From a bacterium (lineage in GTDB: Bacteria; Patescibacteriota; Minisyncoccia; Phycocordibacterales; Phycocordibacteraceae): a DNA stretch of 64,000 nt. How positions within the stretch are numbered: position 1 is the first letter of the stretch; every line of letters begins with the position of its first letter. Under the pieces are notes generated by a model. That model made no database searches and was not told the origin of the DNA. It saw only the letters and a program-made list of their open reading frames with translations. Where the stretch lies: NCBI GenBank assembly GCA_021836725.1, contig JAKBHL010000006.1:21136-85135 (forward strand). The letters run 5' to 3'. Made by a program: the position numbers and the translations under genes. Below, one piece after another: positions 56,994-64,000 of this stretch.

Positions 56994-57449
56994 CTAAGAA
57001 AGCAAACTGTCCACGACCGCTTTCACTTCGCTACCTTCGGCTTTGCCTTTGAGCTCTTTCATGAGGCCGCCGATGAAGGCGCCCGCCTCGGCTTTCGACG
57101 TGGCGCCGCGTTCCGCCATCTTTGCCTGCACGAATGCCATAATCTCTTCGCGGCTCATCTGGGCGGGAAGATAGGTTTCAAGCAGGGCGAGCTCGGCTTT
57201 TTCCGGTCCGGCAAGGTCGACGCGCCCCGCCTTTTCGAACTGCTCGATAGAGTCCTTGCGCTGGTTTGTCGCGCGCTTGATGACGATGATCGCTTCTTCA
57301 TCGGTCAGGAACTCTTCGGGTTTGCGTTTTTTAGCGACCACTTCATTGGTCATTGCGGTGACGAGCGAACGCAGCGTCCGGAGGCGCACCTCGTCCCGGG
57401 CGCGAAGCGCCTCGGGAATCGAACGTTTCAGATTTTCGTGGATAGTCAT
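56994..57449 (-). CDS. GatB/YqeY domain protein
   Basis: QRKDSIEQF...GR.DLA..E..E...L..YLP.Q. Confidence 0.93.
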   Translation of the reverse strand: MTIHENLKRSIPEALRARDEVRLRTLRSLVTAMTNEVVAKKRKPEEFLTDEEAIIVIKRATNQRKDSIEQFEKAGRVDLAGPEKAELALLETYLPAQMSREEIMAFVQAKMAERGATSKAEAGAFIGGLMKELKGKAEGSEVKAVVDSLLS

Positions 57450-57470
57450 ACGACAGAGTATACTATACGC

Positions 57471-58529
57471 ATGAATCCGCTCGAGATAGCCCTCGTCATC
57501 CTCGCCCTGCTGTTTCTGCAGGGTGTCGGCCTGTATGTGATACTGCGCCGCCGCGAGCTCCCGCAGGACGCGGGCGGCATGGTGCTTCTCCAGCAGCAGA
57601 TGCAGGAGCTCGCGCGCACGCTTGATGCGCGCGTTTCGGAATCCTCACGAGCGATGCAGGAGAATTCCCACCGCCAATTTTCCGAGTCCGCGCGGCTCAT
57701 TAAAGAAATCACCCAGGAAGTAACTTCAGTGAAAGAAATCGGCCGGCAGACGCAGGGATTCGCCGAGCAGCTGCAGAATCTCCAGGACATTCTAAAGAAT
57801 CCGAAACAGCGCGGCATCCTCGGCGAGTACTATCTCGAAACCGTACTGAAGAATGTCTTGCCGCCCGGCATGTACCGGATGCAATACCCGTTCAAAAATG
57901 GCGAGGTCGTCGATGCGGCGGTTTTCGTGAGCGATAAGATTGTCCCTATCGACTCCAAGTTCTCACTCGATAACTACAATCGCATGGTGCATGCGTCCGA
58001 AGCCGAACGCTCCGTTCTCGAAAAAGCGTTCATAAACGACCTCAAGCTGCGCATCCAGGAAACCGCGAAATACATCCGTCCCGAAGAGGGGACTATGGAC
58101 TTCGCTTTCATGTTCATTCCTTCTGAAGGCATTTATTACGATCTTCTGACCAATCAGGTCGGGGGCGCGCAGGGATCGGACGGCGAGGAGAATCTTATTC
58201 AACGAGCAGCGAGCAAGCACAAAGTCATCATCGTCTCGCCCACGTCGTTTCTCGCGTATCTCCAGACGGTCATGCAGGGCTTGAAGGCGCTCCAGATAGA
58301 ACAAAAAGCGGTCGAGATCGGGCAGCGGGTCGGAGAATTGGGGAAGCATATAGGCGCGTATGAGGAACTCTATCGCAAACTCGGCGTTTCGCTCACGACT
58401 TCCATAAACCACTACAATAACGGCTACAAAGAGCTCGGAAAGATAGACAAAGACGTCTACCGTATCACGGAAACAAAAACAGGCATCGAACCGGAGCTTC
58501 TCGAAAAGCCGCTCGCAGGTATTGACTAA
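57471..58529 (+). CDS. rmuC: DNA recombination protein RmuC
   Basis: KQRG.LGE..LE, PIDSKF, KYI.P..GT.DFA.MFIPSEG, VSPT. Confidence 0.93.
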   Translation: MNPLEIALVILALLFLQGVGLYVILRRRELPQDAGGMVLLQQQMQELARTLDARVSESSRAMQENSHRQFSESARLIKEITQEVTSVKEIGRQTQGFAEQLQNLQDILKNPKQRGILGEYYLETVLKNVLPPGMYRMQYPFKNGEVVDAAVFVSDKIVPIDSKFSLDNYNRMVHASEAERSVLEKAFINDLKLRIQETAKYIRPEEGTMDFAFMFIPSEGIYYDLLTNQVGGAQGSDGEENLIQRAASKHKVIIVSPTSFLAYLQTVMQGLKALQIEQKAVEIGQRVGELGKHIGAYEELYRKLGVSLTTSINHYNNGYKELGKIDKDVYRITETKTGIEPELLEKPLAGID

Positions 58530-58604
58530 AATAGCTTATCATGCTATAAGAGACGAGGAAGGGATCTCGTGGTGAGATCCTTGTCAATCGCGGGAGAAAG
58601 TGAA

Positions 58605-59030
58605 ATGAATCTGAGTTTCCACAACCTCATTGCCCTTGTTGGGCTTCCAATCCTCGGATTGGTTTGCTTGTGGGTATCCGCTTCGAAGGATCGCGACAAA
58701 GAGGAGAGGGTAGCGAGTCTCGTCATCGCCCTGTTTTGCTTCGGAGCATTCGCGTTCACTTGCGTATATGCAGGGAACGGGTACCTCCAGGATAGAACCG
58801 AGACCCTTTCAGGCCTGCTCTCAAACGGGCACGCCTACGAGCTCGTCACGGTCCGCCAGGATGGAAAAGACAAAGTGCTGACCATCATGGGTAAAAAGGA
58901 AAACGCCAACGGCACGCACAACTTCTACATCCTGCGCGTACGGGGGCCGGTACCGCCGAAGTATTTCCAGATGGACCGCGGGGAACCGGTAGCCTATCTG
59001 CCTGGTGCCCAATCGCAATGGCCGCAGTGA
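58605..59030 (+). CDS. Hypothetical membrane protein
   Basis: Two TM segments plus a soluble tail. Confidence 0.6.
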   Translation: MNLSFHNLIALVGLPILGLVCLWVSASKDRDKEERVASLVIALFCFGAFAFTCVYAGNGYLQDRTETLSGLLSNGHAYELVTVRQDGKDKVLTIMGKKENANGTHNFYILRVRGPVPPKYFQMDRGEPVAYLPGAQSQWPQ

Positions 59031-59108
59031 ATCGTAATGTACTTTCAGGCCGCGCTCTTACAGCGCGGCCTTGTCTTTTGCGGCCGTAAATGCTAAAGTG
59101 GGAAGACT

Positions 59109-59426
59109 ATGGAAGTGGCCGTAATCAAGACCGGCGGGAAGCAATATGTCGTCTCAAAAGGCGACACTATTTCGATAGAAAAGCTCCCGGGCGATTTGAA
59201 AAAAGGCGATACGGTTGTCTTCGGCGAGGTGCTCCTCGTTGACAACGGCTCGGACACGACCATCGGTGCGCCCTTTATCACGGGTGCAGAGGTCAAGGGC
59301 ACCGTTGTTCTCGCCGGGAAGGCGAAGAAAGTCGAGGTAGTGAAGTACAAGCCGAAGAGCCGCTACTACAAACGCCGCGGACATCGTCAGCCGCTTCTCA
59401 AAGTGAAAATCGACTCGATTTCTTAG
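59109..59426 (+). CDS. rplU: 50S ribosomal protein L21
   Basis: AVIKTGGKQY.V..GD, KYKPK..Y....GHRQ. Confidence 0.97.
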   Translation: MEVAVIKTGGKQYVVSKGDTISIEKLPGDLKKGDTVVFGEVLLVDNGSDTTIGAPFITGAEVKGTVVLAGKAKKVEVVKYKPKSRYYKRRGHRQPLLKVKIDSIS

Positions 59427-59506
59427 GCCGCTCAATTCCCCGGAGCGAGCTTCTTCGAGAGCTTTTGCTCTCTTTGTCTTATTTATTTGTCCTAGCAAAT
59501 TACTCT

Positions 59507-60823
59507 ATGCAAGTAGGGCGTTGGAATCATCAATCGACAGGCGGGCATGCGCCAAGCGGCGGACGTGCGTATTCGCCGCGCCCTTCAAGGCAGGGCGGGC
59601 CGAGCGGACCGCGCCGTTTCGATACTCACGGCGGTTTCGGCCGCGGCGGCTACGGCAATCGCGGTCGTGCTCCCGTGCGGCGCAAGAAGGGCTTCGGCTC
59701 TTTCGGCGAAACGGAGTCTGAGATCTCGAAGTTCATGAATAAAACGGTCGTCACGACCGAGGAGCCGGTATTCGTCCCCGAACACACATTCTCGGATTTC
59801 GCGGTGCATGAAAAATTGCAGAAGAACATAGCCGCAAAGGGCTACGATCTCCCGACGCCCATCCAAGATAAAGCAATTCCGCATGCACTTTTGGGTCAGG
59901 ATGTCGTCGGCCTTGCCGAAACCGGAACCGGAAAGACGGCGGCTTTCCTCATCCCGCTTATCGATAAGGTTATGAAGCAAAAAGGTGAGCGCGTTCTCGT
60001 CATGGCGCCTACCCGCGAGCTTGCGGTGCAGATTGAAAAAGAGCTCGCCGGTTTCGCGAAAGGTCTCGGGTTTCGCGGCATGGTCGCGGTCGGCGGCGCG
60101 AATATCGGGCCTCAGATTTCGATGCTCCGATATGATCCGGCATTCGTCATCGGTACTCCCGGGCGCCTGAAGGACCTCATGGAACGCCGCGCGCTCGATC
60201 TTTCCGGTTTCGGCACGGTCGTACTCGACGAGGCGGATCGCATGCTTGATATGGGTTTCATCGACGATATGCGCGCCATCCTCGGGATGATGCGTAAAGA
60301 ACGCCACACGCTCTTTTTCTCCGCAACGATGTCGAAAGATATCGAACGGCTTATCGGCGATTTCCTTTCAAGTCCGGTCATCATCTCGGTGAAAAGGCGC
60401 GACACTCCTTCAAGCGTCGACCAAGATGTCGTCCGCATCCCGCGCGGAAAAGACAAGTTCGACGTACTTGTCGAGCTTCTTAAAAATCCCGACTTCAGCC
60501 GCGTGCTCGTCTTCGGCCGCACCAAGTTCGGCGTGGAGAAGCTCGCCAAGGCGCTCTCGCGCCTCCACATCCATGCGGAGAGCATCCACGGCAACAAGAC
60601 GCAGGGCGCGCGCCAGAGAGCGCTCGACGCTTTCAAGGCGGGGAAGGTGAGCGTGCTTGTCGCGACCGACGTCGCGGCGCGCGGTATCGATATCCCCGCC
60701 GTCTCGCACGTCATCAACTACGACCTTCCCTCGACCTACGAGGATTACGTGCACCGCATCGGCCGCACCGGCCGCGCCGACAAGAAAGGGAAAGCACTAA
60801 CCTTTGTCCAGGAGCGCTACTAG
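59507..60823 (+). CDS. DEAD-box RNA helicase (RhlE-like) with Gly/Arg-rich N-terminus
   Basis: PTPIQ, AETGTGKT, PTRELA, DEAD, SAT, ARGID, HRIGRTGR. Confidence 0.96.
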   Translation: MQVGRWNHQSTGGHAPSGGRAYSPRPSRQGGPSGPRRFDTHGGFGRGGYGNRGRAPVRRKKGFGSFGETESEISKFMNKTVVTTEEPVFVPEHTFSDFAVHEKLQKNIAAKGYDLPTPIQDKAIPHALLGQDVVGLAETGTGKTAAFLIPLIDKVMKQKGERVLVMAPTRELAVQIEKELAGFAKGLGFRGMVAVGGANIGPQISMLRYDPAFVIGTPGRLKDLMERRALDLSGFGTVVLDEADRMLDMGFIDDMRAILGMMRKERHTLFFSATMSKDIERLIGDFLSSPVIISVKRRDTPSSVDQDVVRIPRGKDKFDVLVELLKNPDFSRVLVFGRTKFGVEKLAKALSRLHIHAESIHGNKTQGARQRALDAFKAGKVSVLVATDVAARGIDIPAVSHVINYDLPSTYEDYVHRIGRTGRADKKGKALTFVQERY

Positions 60824-60959
60824 CTCATTTCAAACTCCCGCTCGGGTATGCGGCAGAGCGGAGAGCGGCAAGCAGTTTTGGAGCGTCCGGAGCACGACGG
60901 TGCGAGGCAGAGCAAATTTTCAGCAGAAAATTATGCGGCTCCAAAACTGCTTGCCGCTC
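60824..60959 (+). repeat. Variant/chimeric member of the structured repeat family (copy 6)
   Basis: Left end CATTTCAAAC..GCTCGGGTATGCGGCAGA; new 22-bp outer stem; GCAC-GACG-GTGC and TTTTC-AGCA-GAAAA hairpins. Confidence 0.8.
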
Positions 60960-61004
60960 GAAGCCCTGACGTTACCCGTGCATAAGGAGTACGCCGCGCG
61001 GCGG

Positions 61005-61607
61005 CTAGGTTTCTTTGCGGTTGGTGAGTGCCGCGCGAAGCGTCTCGGCATCGGAGTATTCCAGTTCGCTGCCAGTCGCAAGGCCGCGACCGAGCTCTGA
61101 GACCTTCACGTGATCGCGATAGGGCTGCAGAAGCGCCCGCACGTGATCAGCCGTGTGTTCGCCCTCGCTCGTTGCTGAAAGCGCGAGCACGACCTCTTTC
61201 AATCCCGTTTTCAAACGCTTTTCAACGCTCCGCACGAGCTCTTTTTCCCGGATGCCGCCTTTCCCGGAGAGAGTGAGTACGCCGCCGAGCACGAAATAAC
61301 GGCCCTTATAGGTGCCTGCGCGCTCTACGGCAGCAAGGTCCTGGTCTTTTTCTACGAGCATCAAAAGCGAATCGTCACGCCTCCCCTCACCACAGTAGTC
61401 GCAGACGGCCGCCGCCGTGCCGTTGTAGAAGCGCAGGCACTCGGGGCACTGGCGCACGTTTTTACCGAGCGACACGATGAGTTCGGCGAGTTTCGCGCGC
61501 TCCGCAGGAGGCGCCGCAAGCAGGTAAAAGACGAAACGCTTGCCCTGGCGCGGCCCGATCCCCGGAAGGCGGGAAAGCGCTTGTGCGAGTTCGTCAATCT
61601 TGTCCAT
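61005..61607 (-). CDS. recR: Recombination mediator RecR
   Basis: LPGIGP, C..C...C..C, Y.G.YFVLGG, EGE.T, ELEY.D..TL. Confidence 0.95.
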   Translation of the reverse strand: MDKIDELAQALSRLPGIGPRQGKRFVFYLLAAPPAERAKLAELIVSLGKNVRQCPECLRFYNGTAAAVCDYCGEGRRDDSLLMLVEKDQDLAAVERAGTYKGRYFVLGGVLTLSGKGGIREKELVRSVEKRLKTGLKEVVLALSATSEGEHTADHVRALLQPYRDHVKVSELGRGLATGSELEYSDAETLRAALTNRKET

Positions 61608-61613
61608 AACCTA

Positions 61614-61767
61614 ACAGCGAATGCGTAATTTTGGAACACGCGTCGGCTCGCCCAGCCGCTTGCCGCGCTCACTCTCGCCGCTGCAAATTTCGGCGCAGCC
61701 TCCCTTCGGCGCCGAAATTGCCATGCTGCAGCGGCTCCGAGAGTTTCCAAAATTACGCATTCGCTGT
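61614..61767. repeat. 154-bp MITE-like hairpin element (second family)
   Basis: Perfect 23-bp terminal IR ACAGCGAATGCGTAATTTTGGAA with nested inner stems. Confidence 0.8.
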
Positions 61768-61777
61768 GTCGTCATGA

Positions 61778-63136
61778 TTAAAACTCCGCCGCGAGTTCGC
61801 CGTATCCCGACTTATCGACCGGCTGGAACGTGGCGCGTTTCTCGTCGAAATACAGTTCGGTCATGCCGGTCGGGCCGTTCCGGTGCTTCTCGACGAGTAT
61901 TTCCGCGATATTCGGGCGATCGCTCTCGGGATTGCGCTTGTCTTCGCGATGGATGAAAAGGACGACGTCTGCGTCCTGTTCGATGGAACCGGAGTCACGC
62001 AAATCGCTCAGACGCGGCTTCCCGCCGCGCTGTTCCACCGCGCGGGAGAGCTGCGAGAGCGCGATGACCGGCACGGAAAGCTCGCGCGCGAGCGATTTGA
62101 GCGAGCGGGAAATCTCGGTTACCTGCTGGACGAGCGAGTCGGAGGCTTTGGTCGACGTCGGAGCCATGAGCTGGAGATAATCGACGATGATAAGCCCGAT
62201 GCCGCGTTCCCGTTTGAGCCTTCGCGCGACCGCGCGCATCGAGAGGATATTGTTCCCCGGCTTGTCATCGATGAAAATGGGCGCTTTTGAGAGCGATTCA
62301 AGCGCGTCGCGGATACGGCCGAAATCTTCTTCTTCTTTCACTTGTCCGGTGCGCAATTTCCACGAGTTGACGAAAGATTCCGCGGCGAGCATGCGGTCGA
62401 TGAGCTGCTCGGAACTCATTTCAAGCGAGAAGATGCCGACGGGGACGTTATGACGCACGGCGGCGTTGCGCGCGATGTCAAGGGCGAGCGATGTTTTTCC
62501 CATCGAGGGCCGCGCGGCGATGATAACGAGGTCGGAAGGATGGAAGCCCGAAAGGAGGTTGTCGAGGGCGGGGAAACCCGATGGAACTCCGCGTATGCCG
62601 TCCTCTTTCTTCGAGAGCGCCTCGATGCGGTCCCACGCTTCATGGATTTTATCGCCGATCGCGGTGAATTTATGCGCAGCGGACGCATTGCCGATGGCAT
62701 ATATGCTTTTCTCGGCTTCATCGAGGACTTCCATCGTCTCGCGCGCATCATCATAGGCGGATTCGGTAATGTTATATGCCGCATCGATCAGGGAACGCAT
62801 CAGGAACTTGCGCGAGACAAGCTCGGCATAATAAGAGAAATTTCCCGGCGCCGGCGCGGAACCGGCAAGCTCAGCGAGATAACTGCGCCCTCCCGCGCGC
62901 TCCAGAGTGCCCTGGTTCTGCATGCGCTCAGAGAGCGACAGGAGATCGATCGGCTCGCCGCGCTCCGCGAGTTCGCGCATGGAGCCGAATATAAGGCGGT
63001 GTTTTTCCGCATAGAAGGAATCGGGACGGATGAGATCTGAAACGTCATGAATAGCCTCGGGTTTCAGGAGCAGGGCGCCTAAAAGCGCGCGCTCGGACTC
63101 GAGAGATTGGGGCGGGATGCGGTCAGCGGCGGCCAT
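61778..63136 (-). CDS. dnaB: Replicative DNA helicase
   Basis: PPQSLE.E..LLG, AARPSMGKT, VDYLQL, LSQLSR, DLRDSGSIEQDAD, KHRNGP; no intein. Confidence 0.97.
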   Translation of the reverse strand: MAAADRIPPQSLESERALLGALLLKPEAIHDVSDLIRPDSFYAEKHRLIFGSMRELAERGEPIDLLSLSERMQNQGTLERAGGRSYLAELAGSAPAPGNFSYYAELVSRKFLMRSLIDAAYNITESAYDDARETMEVLDEAEKSIYAIGNASAAHKFTAIGDKIHEAWDRIEALSKKEDGIRGVPSGFPALDNLLSGFHPSDLVIIAARPSMGKTSLALDIARNAAVRHNVPVGIFSLEMSSEQLIDRMLAAESFVNSWKLRTGQVKEEEDFGRIRDALESLSKAPIFIDDKPGNNILSMRAVARRLKRERGIGLIIVDYLQLMAPTSTKASDSLVQQVTEISRSLKSLARELSVPVIALSQLSRAVEQRGGKPRLSDLRDSGSIEQDADVVLFIHREDKRNPESDRPNIAEILVEKHRNGPTGMTELYFDEKRATFQPVDKSGYGELAAEF

Positions 63137-63150
63137 TGCGGCCAATTGTA

Positions 63151-64000
63151 TCAAAAAGAGGCCCGAGTCAACACCGGCCCCTGAGGCCCGTCATCCACAC
63201 GATATCCCCTGTGCGAAATGGCATCCCGGATGCGGTCGGCTTCCGCGAAGTTTCCGGACGCGCGCGAGGCCTCGCGCCGGACGAGCATTTCCCGGATGTC
63301 TTCCGGCGCATCCGTCTTCGCCACCGCCTCCGGCAAGGGCGGCGCAAGGAGCGAGAGACCGAGGTGCGCCTCGGCGTCCTCCAGGAGCCCCCATTTTTCC
63401 TCCGGCGCGTATTCTTCGCTCCGGAGCGTATCCCACAGGATGCTGAGAGCCTGCGGCGTCGCGAGATCGTCGCGCATCGCGGCTAGGAAACGCTCACGCG
63501 CTTCCGATCGCGCGCTGCGGTGTTTCGATTCGTGCGCGATATCGTTTGCGAGTTTCCACAGCCGCTCAAGCGCGCTTGAAGCGCCCGCAAGCGCCTCAAA
63601 GGAAAAGGAAAGAGGCGTCCGATAATGCGCCTGGAGGAAAAAGTAGCGCACGGCAAGCGGAGAGAACCCCTTTTCGATAACCTCTGATAGGTAGACGACA
63701 TTCCCCAATGACTTCGAGGCCTTGTCACCTCCCATCAGAAGGAAAGCGCCGTGCATCCAGTAGCGGACGAACGGCCGCCCGTTTGCCGCCTCCGATTGGG
63801 CGATTTCATTGTTGTGATGGATGCTGATGTGGTCTTCGCCGCCGGTGTGGATGTCTATCTCTTGCCCGAGGAGAGCGCGGATCATCGCCGAGCACTCGAT
63901 ATGCCAGCCGGGGTTGCCGCGCCCCCACGGGCTGTCCCATTGCTGAAGATCTCCCCTCCGTGCGGTGCGCCAGAGGACGAAATCGGCAGGGGAGCGCTTC
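63151..64000 (-). CDS. cysS: Cysteinyl-tRNA synthetase (5' part outside the window)
   Basis: [29 protein letters not shown]...HH.NE.AQ, KASKS, ADRIRD. Confidence 0.95.
   Translation of the reverse strand, partial: KRSPADFVLWRTARRGDLQQWDSPWGRGNPGWHIECSAMIRALLGQEIDIHTGGEDHISIHHNNEIAQSEAANGRPFVRYWMHGAFLLMGGDKASKSLGNVVYLSEVIEKGFSPLAVRYFFLQAHYRTPLSFSFEALAGASSALERLWKLANDIAHESKHRSARSEARERFLAAMRDDLATPQALSILWDTLRSEEYAPEEKWGLLEDAEAHLGLSLLAPPLPEAVAKTDAPEDIREMLVRREASRASGNFAEADRIRDAISHRGYRVDDGPQGPVLTRASF

Noticed and set aside
61778-63136. Intein in dnaB or alternative genetic code (TGA recoding)
   Set aside because: DnaB has normal length, and conserved genes end correctly at TGA with no in-frame read-through needed.

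Overview
64-kb window that looks like a Patescibacteria/CPR (Parcubacteria-like) chromosome with standard code 11. The taxon is inferred from gene content: tandem TrmB regulators, a compact mraZ-rsmH-ftsL-ftsI-murF block, two mreB genes and a pilin. The right half (34.5-64 kb) is housekeeping: fmt, def, murA, mreB x2, holB-like, frr, rseP, proS, mreC, pbp2, greA, lysS, dcw genes, tRNA-Glu, rmuC, rplU, DEAD helicase, recR, dnaB, cysS. The left half (1-34.4 kb) is accessory and partly AT-richer. Five things stand out. (1) A candidate small-molecule synthesis and sensing locus: Rv1355c-type ThiF, Leu/Phe dehydrogenase, PaaK-like CoA ligase, nitroreductase and a membrane histidine kinase. (2) The last ~25 codons of that kinase occur three times with a 29-bp identical core, bracketing two integrase-free cargo islets (hicBA; NDT-like plus GNAT-CYTH fusion). 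(3) A dispersed ~150-bp intergenic repeat (5-6 copies) with clear compensatory base changes in GACG- and AGCA-loop hairpins. (4) A mosaic of truncated genes bounded by REP-like palindromes, with a RAYT remnant. (5) A tRNA-Asn islet carrying an IucA/IucC-like gene and two hydrolases. No CRISPR array, rRNA or intact integrase/transposase was seen. All calls come from motif recognition by eye; no database searches were run.
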